From contig CAZSFZ010000001.1 in NCBI GenBank assembly GCA_964606385.1, positions 3,519 to 67,518 on the forward strand: 64,000 nt of DNA, written 5' to 3'. This DNA is from an uncultured bacterium. Lineage in GTDB: Bacteria > Omnitrophota > Omnitrophia > Omnitrophales > Aquincolibacteriaceae. The position numbers and the translations under genes are program-made. Below the pieces are notes generated by a model. It was not told the origin of the DNA. It made no database searches and was given only the letters and a program-made list of their open reading frames with translations. Of this stretch, positions 51,801 to 55,203 are shown piece after piece (position 1 is the first letter of the stretch; each line of letters starts with the position of its first letter).

Positions 51801-52374
51801 CCGAGTCCGAAATGATGGCGCCCGCACGCTCGATCCAGCTGTTGATCAAATAAGCATTCGATTCAAAGCTCAGCTCGGAACGGACCGTGTATTCGCCGAC
51901 CAGAATGCTGAACGAGTCCGAAGTCGCGGAAATGATGCCGCTGTCCGAGGCCTGAAGCGTGTACAGCTCTCCGGCCTTGTCAATATTGAGCCCCTTCCCC
52001 GAAAAATCCGCGACGCCCGCCACCGCGTCCATCGAGACCGTTCCCCGCAGAGTGCCGCCGGTAGGATTATTAAGAATGGCGAGAGTGATCGTATCCGTCG
52101 CATCCGTCACCACATTGTTGTTAATATCGAGGATCTGAACGACGGGGGCCGGATCAAAGGTCTGACCTGCGGCCGTGGACTGGGGCTGGGTGGAAAAATA
52201 AAGTTTATAAGCCGTCGCGGCGGCACTGCCCTCCACCGAACTGGACCCGTCATAACTTCCGCCCGTGTAGATCGCGGCCTGGGCCGGGATGGAACCGAAC
52301 ACAAAAAAGAGAATGGAAAGCAAGGCGATCAGCCTGGAACCTCGGACCTTATTTAAAACAGAGGGGGCGTTCAT
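30862..52374 (-). CDS. Giant (7,170 aa) secreted repeat protein: signal peptide and Ig-like N-terminal region, about 500 tandem 13-residue GVNW repeats, helical C-terminal ~200 aa
   Basis: Single uninterrupted 21.5-kb ORF. ATG overlaps the upstream stop (ATGA). Signal peptide MNAPSVLNKVRGSRLIALLSILFFVFGSIPAQA. Repeat consensus [LM]S[KR][AT]GVNW[STLA][DG][LMI][NDG][VA], e.g. LSKAGVNWSDLNVMSRAGVNWLDMGVLSKAGVNWSGIDALSK. Confidence 0.85.
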   Translation of the reverse strand: MNAPSVLNKVRGSRLIALLSILFFVFGSIPAQAAIYTGGSYDGSSSVEGSAAATAYKLYFSTQPQSTAAGQTFDPAPVVQILDINNNVVTDATDTITLAILNNPTGGTLRGTVSMDAVAGVADFSGKGLNIDKAGELYTLQASDSGIISATSDSFSILVGEYTVRSELSFESNAYLINSWIERAGAIISDSGFSSGHISITVYDKNWDAVTAPGAATIKNNSVFRQSWTPPTNSDTYVADVTITYKGNDYSSRFAYNTAIQGGIAGAVSTLGSIDTKTTDIKAKTDLMNWDDIQAIKTAVGANSAETLYKRTGDILIAVAKANWDDLKIMSEARVNWNDLAEMSSKGMNWEDVRTLTRAGIRWSEIMQFSTSNINFQDLAQLTTSGVNWSDIGRLAKAGINWEDIGALSAVGVNWSDLSKLSKANVNWSGIEALSVGGVNWSGIQALSASGVNWLDVGKMAGIGINWTDLQVMAQAGVNWADIQRMSRAGANWDDFAKMTGAKVNWSETINWDNLAALTKANVNWTDMRVMSTANVNWDGLNALSVSGVNWTDFGVLSKAGVNWSDFGVLSKAGVNWSDLDLLSAAGVNWSGMQALAASQVNWTDLNVLSKAGVNWEDLNVLSRTGVNWSDLNALSRAGVNWSGMDALSKAGVNWTDLNVLSRAGVNWTDLQVISRMGVNWTGIDALSKAGVNWTGIDVMSKAGVNWNGMDVLSKAGVNWIDLNVLSKAGINWSDLQNLSVTGINWADLNVMSRAGMNWLDIGALSKAGVNWSGVDVISRAGVNWTDLQVLSRANVNWSDINALSQAGVNWTGIDVMSRAGVNWLDMGVLSKTGVNWNGMQALAAAGVNWVDFGLLSKTGLNWQDLNVLSRTGVNWSGIQALSAAGVNWLDIGALSKAGMNWSGLDALSKAGVNWTDLNVFSRAGINWSGVDALSKSGVNWSDLNVLSRIGINWSGMDALSRAGINWTDMGVLSNQGVNWTGIDVLSKAGVNWTDLNVFSKAGVNWTGIQAFSTAGVNWLDMEVLSKQGVNWSGMNALSRAGVNWTDINVLSKAGVNWSGIEALSRSGVNWSGIQALSRAGVNWIGIDVLSRAGVNWSGVQALSAAGVNWTDINVLSKAGVNWVGIDALSKSEVNWADLNVLSKAGINWTGINALSRGGVNWAGIQALAVAGVNWSGIDAMSKAGVNWTDVGALSKAGVNWSGVDALSEAGVNWTDLNVMSKAGVNWTGINVLSRAGVNWLDVGMLSAAGVNWADLNVMSKAGVNWSVMGTMSKAGINWTDFNVLSKAGVNWSDLNVLSRANLNWTDLQVMSKAGVNWSGIDALSRGGVNWTDLNVLSKAGVNWLDVGAMSKAGVNWTDLNVLSKTGVNWTDLQTMSRAGVNWLDMGALSKAGVNWSGIDVLSKAGVNWEDLNVLSRTGVNWTDLQVITKTGINWSDIGVLSKAGMNWTGIDALSRSGVNWSGMQALAAAGVNWSGMDALSRSGVNWSDLNVLSKAGVNWQDLNALSTAAVNWSDLNVLTRAGLNWTDLNVMLKTGINWLDMGVLSKAGVNWSGIDILSKSGVNWADLNVLSKTGVNWTDLQAMSRAGVNWTGMDVLFKAGVNWTDLNVLTRAGINWSDMNVMTKAGVNWLDMGALSAAGVNWTGIDALSRGGVNWTDFNVLSKAGVNWSGMDVLSKAGVNWTDLNVLTRTGVNWTDLNVMSRTGVNWADLNVLSKTGVNWTGIDALSKAGVNWLDMGALSKAGVNWSDLDVLSKTGVNWTDLNVMTRAGVNWLDMGAMSKAGVNWSDMNVLSRTGVNWSGMDALSKAGVNWLDMGVLSKAGVNWSGIDVLSKAGVNWADLNVMSKAGVNWIDIGTLSKAGLNWADMNVMSRAGVNWADMNALSRAGLNWSGLNVMSRAGINWGGIQALAAAGVNWSDLDVLSKTGVNWADLNAMSRAGVNWLDLEVFSKAAINWSDMNVLTRAGVNWSDLNVMSKAGVNWLDMGTLSKAGVNWSGIDVLSKTGVNWTDLNVMSKAGVNWADMGVLSKAGVNWSDMNVLTRTGVNWTDLQVMSRAGVNWTGLDALSRSGVNWADLDVLSKAGVNWADLNALSRAGVNWSDLSVFSKAGLNWSGIDVFSKAGVNWTDLNVMSRAGVNWSGIDVLSKAGVNWSDMNVLSRTGINWSDLNVMSKAGVNWLDMGVLSKAGVNWSGVDALSRSGVNWADLNVMSKAGVNWTGIDALSRSGVNWADLNVLSRTGVNWADLNVMSRAGVNWADMDVLSKAGVNWSGIDVLSKAGVNWTDLNVMSKAGVNWADMGVLSKAGVNWSGMDALSRSGVNWADMNVMSKAGVNWSGIDVLSRSGVNWTDLNVLSRTGVNWSDLNVMSKAGVNWLDMGVLSKAGVNWSGIDVLSKAGVNWADMNVLSKAGVNWSGIDVLSKAGVNWSDLNVLSRTGVNWADLQAMSRAGVNWSDLDVFSKAGVNWSGIQALSVGGVNWSDLNVMSKAGVNWSDLNVLSKTGVNWSDMNVLTRTGVNWADLNVMTRAGVNWSDMGVMSKAGVNWSDMNVLTRTGVNWTDLNVMSLAGVNWTGIDVLSKAGVNWTDMNVLTRTGVNWADMNVMSKAGVNWSDMGVLSKAGVNWSGIDVLSKAGVNWSDLNIMSKAGVNWLDMGAMSKAGVNWSDMNVLTRAGVNWTDLNVMSRAGVNWSDMNVLSRMGVNWNGLDVLSKAGVNWSDMNVMSRAGVNWSGIDVLSKAGINWTDMNVLTRTGVNWADMNVMSKAGVNWSDMGTLSKAGVNWDGIQALSVGGVNWSDLNVMSKAGTNWLDLGAMSKAGVNWSDLNVLSRTGVNWSGLNALSTAGVNWLDMGVLSKAGVNWSGIDVLSKAGINWSDFNVMSRAGVNWADLNVLSKTGVNWADMNALTLAGVNWSDLNVMTRAGVNWADMNVLSKAGVNWSGIDALSRSGVNWADMNVLSRTGVNWSGIDVLSKAGVNWADMNVLSRTGVNWADMNVMSKAGVNWLDLGALSKAGVNWSGIDVLSKAGVNWTDLNVMSKAGVNWADMGVMSKAGVNWSDLNVLSRTGVNWSDFNVMSRAGVNWLDMGVLSKAGVNWNGIQALSLGGVNWSGIDALSRAGVNWLDMGVMSKAGVNWSDLDVLSRTGVNWSDFNVMSRAGVNWADMGTLSKAGVNWSGIDVLSKSGVNWADFNVMSKAGVNWNGLQALSVGGVNWAGIDVMSKAGINWSDMNVMSRAGVNWSDFNVLSKAGVNWSDMNVLTRAGVNWSDLNVMSKAGVNWSDMGVLSKAGVNWSGIDALSKGGVNWSDLNVMSRAGVNWADMSAMSQAAVNWSDFNALTRAGVNWSDMNVMSRAGVNWLDMGVLSKAGVNWSGIDALSKGGVNWADLNIMSKAGVNWLDMGAMSKAGVNWSDLNVLTRTGVNWADLNVMSRAGVNWLDMGVLSKAGVNWSGIDALSKGGVNWADLNIMSKAGVNWSGLQALSVGGVNWSGIDVLSKAGVNWTDLNVMSKAGVNWADMGVMSKAGVNWSDLNVLSRTGVNWSDFNVMSRAGVNWLDMGVLSKAGVNWNGIQALSLGGVNWSGIDALSRAGVNWLDMGVMSKAGVNWSDLDVLSRTGVNWSDFNVMSRAGVNWADMGTLSKAGVNWSGIDVLSKAGVNWADLNVMSKAGVNWADMGVLSKAGVNWSGMDVLSKAGVNWTDMNVLTRAGVNWADMGVLSRAAVNWEDWNALSRTGINWSDLNVMSRAGVNWLDMGVLSKAGVNWSGMDVLSKAGVNWMDMNVMSRAGVNWSDMGVLSKAGVNWSGIDALSKGGVNWSDMNVMSRAGVNWLDMSAMSKAAVNWSDLNVLSRTGVNWSDLNVMSRAGVNWLDMGTMSKAGVNWADFDVLSKAGVNWSGLNVMSRAGVNWDGIQALSVGGVNWSGIDALSRASVNWSDLDVMSKAGVNWSDMNVMSRAGVNWSDLNVLSRTGVNWSDFNVMSRAGVNWLDMGVLSKAGVNWAGIDVLSKAGVNWADLNVFSRAGVNWADMGVMSKAGVNWSDMNILTRTGVNWSDMNVMTRAGVNWLDMGVLSKAGVNWSGIDALSKGGVNWSDLNIMSKAGINWLDMSVLTSASVNWADLNVLSRTGVNWSDFNVMSRAGVNWLDMGVLSKAGVNWSGIDALSRGGVNWSGIDALSKAGVNWLDMGTMSRAGVNWAGIDALSRGGVNWADLNVMSKAGVNWSDMNVLTRAGINWSDLDVLSKTGVNWSDFNVMSRAGVNWLDMGVLSKAGVNWSGIDALSRGQVNWSGMNALSRAGVNWNGIQALSVGGVNWSDLDVLSKAGVNWSDLNVMSKAGVNWLDMGTMSKAGVNWADFDVLSKAGVNWSGMNALSRAGVNWSDMNVMSRAGVNWSDLDVLSKTGVNWSDFNVMSRAGVNWLDMGVLSKAGVNWSGIDALSKGGVNWSDLNALSKAGVNWLDMGVMSRAAVNWTDWNVLTRAGVNWSDLNKMTRAGVNWLDMGVLSQAGVNWSGIDALSRGGVNWLDMGVLSKAGVNWNGIQALSVGGVNWSDLNVLSKTGVNWTDLNVMTKAGVNWLDMGALSKAGVNWSGIDALSKGGVNWLDMQVLSRAGVNWSGVQALSVGGVNWSDLNVMSKAGVNWLDMGEMSKAGVNWSGMSVLSQSDVNWSGLQALSSGGVNWLDIGIMSKAGVNWSGIDALSRGGVNWLDVGTLSKAGVNWSNLDVMSKAGVNWSDMNVLTRAGVNWSDLNTMTKAGVNWLDMGVLSKAGVNWSGIDALSRGGVNWTDLNVMSRAGVNWLDMEAFSKAGVNWNGIQALSVGGVNWSDLNVMSKTGVNWLDMSVMSKAGVNWSGIDALSRGGVNWLDLNVMSKAGVNWLDMGTMSKAGVNWSGIDALSRGGVNWEGMQALSLGGVNWLDMGVMSKAGVNWSGIQALSAGGVNWSGIQALSLGGVNWLDIGEMSKAGVNWSGLDVISRTNINWSDLNVLTRAGVNWMDLSALTRANVNWSGLDVISRTNINWSDLNVMTRAGVNWLDMGTMSKAGVNWSGIDALSRGGVNWEGMQALSRGGVNWLDMGVMSKAGVNWSGLDVISRTNINWSDLNVMTRAGVNWLDMGAMSKANVNWSGLDVISRTNINWSDLNVMSRAGVNWLDIGAFSKAGVNWNGMQALSESGVNWTDLNVMSRVGMNWSGIQALSRGGVNWDDLNVMSRAGVNWLDMGALSKAGVNWSGIQALSRGGVNWDDLNVMSKAGVNWLDMGALSKAGVNWNGMQALSRGGVNWDDLNVMSRAGVNWQDMGVFSKAGVNWAALNELTRANINWADLNVMTTGVNWLDLGVMSKAGVNWNGIQALSRGGVNWDDLNTMSKAGVNWLDMGTLSKAGVNWNGIQALSRGGVNWDDLNVMSRAGVNWLDMGTLSKAGVNWNGIQALSIGGVNWSDLNVMSQAGVNWLDLRAMTIANVNWAALNELTRTNVNWSDLNVMTSGVNWLAMGLLTQSGVNWTDINVMSRAGVNWEDFTALSTSNVNWEGFNVMSRAGVNWSGIQALSVGGVNWMDLDVMSRAGVNWLDMGALSKAGVNWSGIQTLSAGGVNWDDLNVMSRAGVNWLDMGALSKAGVNWNGIQALSVGGVNWTDLNVMSRAGVNWLDMGIMSKTGVNWSGIDALSRSGVNWSGIDVMSRAGVNWLDMGALSKAGINWSGIDVLSRTSVNWLDLGEMSKAGVNWLSMGALSIAGINWSDLNVMSRVGMNWLDMGALTKAGVNWLDMGALSKAGVNWAEFNRMAAANVNWSDFSTMTREGINWGSIGSLSKAGVNWEEFNRMSAAGVNWDNLGSMTQAGVNWLDMGALTKAGVNWAGLDAISRTSVNWDDMRAMTRAGVNWLSIGTLSTAGVNWAEFNRMSAAGLNWDDFGVMTRAGVNWLDMGSLSKSGVNWGGMDALSRAGVNWLDMGALTQAGVNWAGLNAISRTSINWNDLNVMTRAGVNWTNMGDMTTAGVNWIALNNIIGSDVNWSGLNAITRAGINWIDFGTMTRAGVNWDGLETISKTNVNWNDLNVMTRAGVNWLDIGALTDAGINWSGINTISRTGINWNDLRVMTRSGINWVDMGALTAAGVNWEGFNAISRTNINWDDLHVMTRAGVNWLDMGALSKAGVNWAEFNRMAQANVNWSDFGVMTRAGVNWFNIEALSKAGVNWAEFDRMAKANVNWNDMGVMSRAGVNWLDMRALTTAGVNWSEFNRMAAANINWSDFGVMTRAGVNWLNIEALSKAGVNWAEFDRMSSARINWEDMGRMSRSGVNWNNIDALSRAGVNWAEFDRMAKAQVNWNDIGVMSRGGVNWSGIDALSRAGVNWLDMGVLSRTGVNWTGFDVLSKAGVNWADLRVITREGINWSDFQVMTRAGINWADMGRFTAAGVNWSGIDALSRSGVNWSNLRELSTARVNWTDLQAMTSARVNWNEFNRMSDSRVNWADLGFMTRAGVNWSNLDLLARANVNWAGMNEITKARVNWVDFAKMASSNISWTNLATMSQAAINWSGINMITQAGVDWDNLANMSSAGVNWSGINVLSRAGVDWNGIRSLSVAGVNWSDFSVMSKVNVNWQDMQLMSAAGVNWLGINAMSRGQVNWAGMKTISESDVNWADLGVFSKAGVNWLDMGVMSRVGVNWADMRVISRTGVNWADFGVMTKAGTNWFDMSTLSKAGVNWTGIRALSVGGVNWADLNTMTRAGVNWLDMGALSKAGVNWAGLDALSRSRINWTGIRELSMGGVNWQDIGRLSTAGVNWQDVEVLTKTGVNWSDLNSLTQARVNWLDLGALSKAGVNWTDINVLSRTGVNWGDFNALSRAGINWNDLRALSRTGINWTEMDVLSKAGVNWEGLTALSLAGVNWQALQDLSAKGVNWNSIAAMSDANVNWSNLTVMTTAGVNWSDIRTLSVTGIDWNDLKTMTDAGVNWNGIRALSEGGVNWDEIAVLSEAGVNWDDISRLSVAGINWTDMNALTEAGINWEDLSVMTGGVSWQGLATQTKAGINWQGIADLSTGDVNWSGMKAISNKEQTIADIDSSTYTIMNTVKELDEVIGKRNGQPTITDRMAEFESLLEQVQQATSAISKESSDAGKKTEELVNRLVTLANDQAKALGFVGDEIKKVMKGGESNLNLMQGKLEEVKAYILAVKEATDASAREKLGQQAEEPKAIVKSWLEFGGEK
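31345..51510 (-). repeat. About 20-kb array of degenerate 39-nt tandem repeats (encoding the 13-aa GVNW unit), with a 117-nt (3x13 aa) super-period in places
   Basis: The plus strand shows ccagttcac (reverse complement GTGAACTGG = VNW) recurring every 39 nt from ~31.35 kb to ~51.5 kb. The units are diverged at the nucleotide level. Confidence 0.85.
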
Positions 52375-54014
52375 GACGCGGTCCTCGCAAGCCGGCCGCC
52401 ATAATCCTTGACCCGGGTGGCATCCGTCGTTCCGGCCTTATAGCGGTTGGACATTTCCATGTACGCCGTGGCCGTTTCGGACCAGCCCCCGCCCCGAAGC
52501 CCCGAACCGCCGGCACCGGTCACGCCGCGAGCCGTGCTGGTCGCATCCAACCCCGGCCAGTCAAGGTTCGTGGCATTTCCTTCATAAGAACTTGTGGCCG
52601 TCAAAACACCATCGCCATGCGTGCCGCTAAAACCCCGTCCCGCCGCATTGCCGAGCGTGACCGCGCGTTCCCACACATTGCCGGACAATTCCATATTTCC
52701 GTAATAACCCGCCGCGGAGCCGGCGCGCGTCGTGGTGGAAGCCGCCGCGAAGATCCCCGCGCGAAGCGGCCCGCGATTCGGCCCGTCGCCTCCGGTCATG
52801 TTGGTATTACTGAAATTCACCGTCGCATTGGAGGTGCTGCAGGTTTCCGTTCCGTCTTCCGCGCCACCGCTGACTACAGCACAGACCGTTGCGGAGGTCC
52901 CGCCCCAGGCATAAGCCGAAGTCGTCGGATAATCGGATCCCCGGGCCATTTTTTCGTATTCAAGTTCCGAAAACGGCCTCAAGGCCGCCCAGTCCGCGTA
53001 AGCGGCAACATCCATCCAGGAAAGATAGCCGCAAGCACGGTCGGACCGGTCCGTTGTGGCATCGCCGCTTGTCCAGGCGATCGTATTGCGATCCACCACG
53101 GAGTCGCTGTTTTTCCCCGAAGCCGCAGTGATGTCGCGCGTTGCTTTTTGCGCCGCCGTAAGCGTGTTGAAAAAAGCGATCCACTGCCCTTCGGTGATCT
53201 CATATTTCATGGCATAGAAAGCCGCGTAGCCTTTCGGGAACGCCGCGCTCACCTCAAAAGAGGCGCCGCTCGAGGCGTCATTCGCACCGCTGTCCGTGTT
53301 GTAATACCACTGGGAAGCTCCGGTCCCGAAGGAAAGCCCCGCTTCGCTGTTGATCGCGCCCGGCAAACTTGTCGCACTTCCCCCGAATTCCATTTCGCCG
53401 TTCGTCCCGCTGTTCCCGTCCCCCGCGTAGAAACCTCCTTGCGGGATATAGACCATTTCGACCGCGAAAACCCGGATGAGTGTGTTCGCGCCGCTCGCGT
53501 TCGCATCACTGACGCCATCCTGACCGTAGTCCCAGAGAAGCTGAATGCTGGTCGTGGACAAGGACCCGCTTCCCTGCGCGGAACGCTGGATGAAGCATCC
53601 TTTTTTGTCAGCCGGAACGAGAATGTCAATCGCTGTCCCGGAGCCGCGCGAAAAACCCGTAGGATTCAGCCCGGCTGTTTTAAGTGTGGCATGGTTCCAG
53701 GTGGATCCGGAATCCGTGGAGTATTTGACGAAGAGCCAGGCCGCGTCATAATTCGCGGCATCCCGCCAGGAATTATCCCAAGAGATATTGTATTGGACTT
53801 TGATCGTGTTCGCCGTGGAATCCTGCTCGACAAGTGAAGCGCTGGAAACGGCAAGATTATTCGCGAATGAAGAAATCGGAAAGGAGAGGAAGAAGAGGAA
53901 GACGCCCTGAGCAAGCTTCCATCCGATTTTCCTGTCTAACTCCTTGTAGCAAAAGCGACTACAAGCACCTAAATGCCGTAAAAAGGTTTTGAGCATAAAC
54001 TCCACTTGTCTCAA
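52371..54014 (-). CDS. FGE-sulfatase (SUMF1/GldJ/GldK-type) domain protein with ~200-aa N-terminal extension and signal/anchor
   Basis: C-terminal domain motifs YAMKYEITEGQW, ELEYEKMARGSDYP, GNVWERAV, LRGGGWSE match the FGE fold. Hydrophobic N-terminal segment LAQGVFLFFLSFPISSFA. Its stop overlaps the giant-gene start. Confidence 0.7.
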   Translation of the reverse strand: MRQVEFMLKTFLRHLGACSRFCYKELDRKIGWKLAQGVFLFFLSFPISSFANNLAVSSASLVEQDSTANTIKVQYNISWDNSWRDAANYDAAWLFVKYSTDSGSTWNHATLKTAGLNPTGFSRGSGTAIDILVPADKKGCFIQRSAQGSGSLSTTSIQLLWDYGQDGVSDANASGANTLIRVFAVEMVYIPQGGFYAGDGNSGTNGEMEFGGSATSLPGAINSEAGLSFGTGASQWYYNTDSGANDASSGASFEVSAAFPKGYAAFYAMKYEITEGQWIAFFNTLTAAQKATRDITAASGKNSDSVVDRNTIAWTSGDATTDRSDRACGYLSWMDVAAYADWAALRPFSELEYEKMARGSDYPTTSAYAWGGTSATVCAVVSGGAEDGTETCSTSNATVNFSNTNMTGGDGPNRGPLRAGIFAAASTTTRAGSAAGYYGNMELSGNVWERAVTLGNAAGRGFSGTHGDGVLTATSSYEGNATNLDWPGLDATSTARGVTGAGGSGLRGGGWSETATAYMEMSNRYKAGTTDATRVKDYGGRLARTAS

Positions 54015-54291
54015 TGTTGCGCATCATGGGCGACTAATGCGTTACTGCTAATTCTTCGATGCGTGACTGAGTTTTTAACTTAACCTCAACTGGCTCACTA
54101 GGTTACATAATAATTATAGCATGAATTTTGCATAGGTATAGGGGAAATGGACATATTTCTTCTATAAAGGTAAGGGGGAAAAACGAGCCTTTTACGATGA
54201 ATGAAACTTTTCGAATTCAGTGAAAAAGCGAGGAAGTTTTAAATTAAACGCGGAATTTCACTTTATTTGCAAGTCAAATGAAATGAATGAC
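54015..54291 (-). promoter_or_regulatory. AT-rich intergenic region: candidate promoter/leader for the FGE-giant-ATPase-T2SS array
   Basis: A 277-nt drop in GC between the TPR gene stop (54292) and the FGE start (54014). This is the only sizeable non-coding gap on the minus strand between 58.5 kb and 16.3 kb. Confidence 0.3.
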
Positions 54292-55203
54292 TTACGGCTC
54301 CTTTTGAAGCTCCTCAAAGTCCTTTTTGAGAGGCTCATCGGGCCCGATGCGGGACAGTTGGTTGAGATCCCAAAGGCGGATCCGGATCTTCCGGGCTTCT
54401 TCGCTGGGCGGCTTGAGATTTAAATAATACTGATAGTACTTCCTTGCCTCCTCCTGATTCGCAAGGTGATAGTCATAAATGATCGCCAGATTGTGATACG
54501 CCCATGACAGTTTTGGATTCAAATTCAGCGCATTCTTATATTGAGCGATCGCGTCCTCATAACGGCCGAGGTCATAATAAATATTCCCAAGGTCGAAATA
54601 GGTGCCCACCAGCTGGTCTTTGAGATTGAGGTTCTCCGAATTAACGCCCGCGACCGCATTGACCGAGCCCTTGACGGATTCCTCGTTCTTTTTCGCGACA
54701 TCCAGAATGCGGCTCCGTTCCGGCTCGAGCACGGACTGGTTCAAAAGGCCTTTTAATTTTTCGTTGGTCTCGCTGAGTTCCTGGTTCTTCGCCGCGAGTT
54801 CCTGCTGCTTGATCGCGGACTCGAGACCGCCGCCCTCGGCCTGTGAAGGTTCCTGGCGGGACGCGTCCAGCTCGTTCTTTAAGGCGGCCGCGTTGGGCGT
54901 CCGTGCGTACCCCCCGCCCTGCGCGCGCAAAGCGAGGTCGTCCCTCTCCGTTTTGAGCTTCTCGTAAGAATCCTGAAGGTCGCGCATGTTCTGCCGCACA
55001 CGGCGATTTTCTTTTAGCGTTTCATTTAGCGTATACAGTATTTTTTCGACGTTCTGTCCCTCAGGCGTCGCGGGCGCGGCAGCTTCCGGTTTGGGATCTT
55101 TTTCATCCGCCGCGAGGGCCACAAACGGAATCACTCCAAGGGAGAAAACCAAAGCGATCAATATAAGTAGAAAAAATTTCGTGCAGGAAAAAACCTTATT
55201 CAT
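54292..55203 (-). CDS. Exported coiled-coil/TPR protein (possible PilF/pilotin-like secretin accessory)
   Basis: Signal peptide. Long heptad region. C-terminal TPRs (GNIYYDLGRYEDAIAQYKNALNLNPKLSWAYHNLAIIY). Its start overlaps the secretin stop. Confidence 0.45.
   Translation of the reverse strand: MNKVFSCTKFFLLILIALVFSLGVIPFVALAADEKDPKPEAAAPATPEGQNVEKILYTLNETLKENRRVRQNMRDLQDSYEKLKTERDDLALRAQGGGYARTPNAAALKNELDASRQEPSQAEGGGLESAIKQQELAAKNQELSETNEKLKGLLNQSVLEPERSRILDVAKKNEESVKGSVNAVAGVNSENLNLKDQLVGTYFDLGNIYYDLGRYEDAIAQYKNALNLNPKLSWAYHNLAIIYDYHLANQEEARKYYQYYLNLKPPSEEARKIRIRLWDLNQLSRIGPDEPLKKDFEELQKEP

Noticed and set aside
54015-54291. Possible small RNA or tRNA in the AT-rich gap
   Set aside because: I could not recognise a cloverleaf or conserved tRNA boxes by eye. 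It is treated as a promoter/leader region only.
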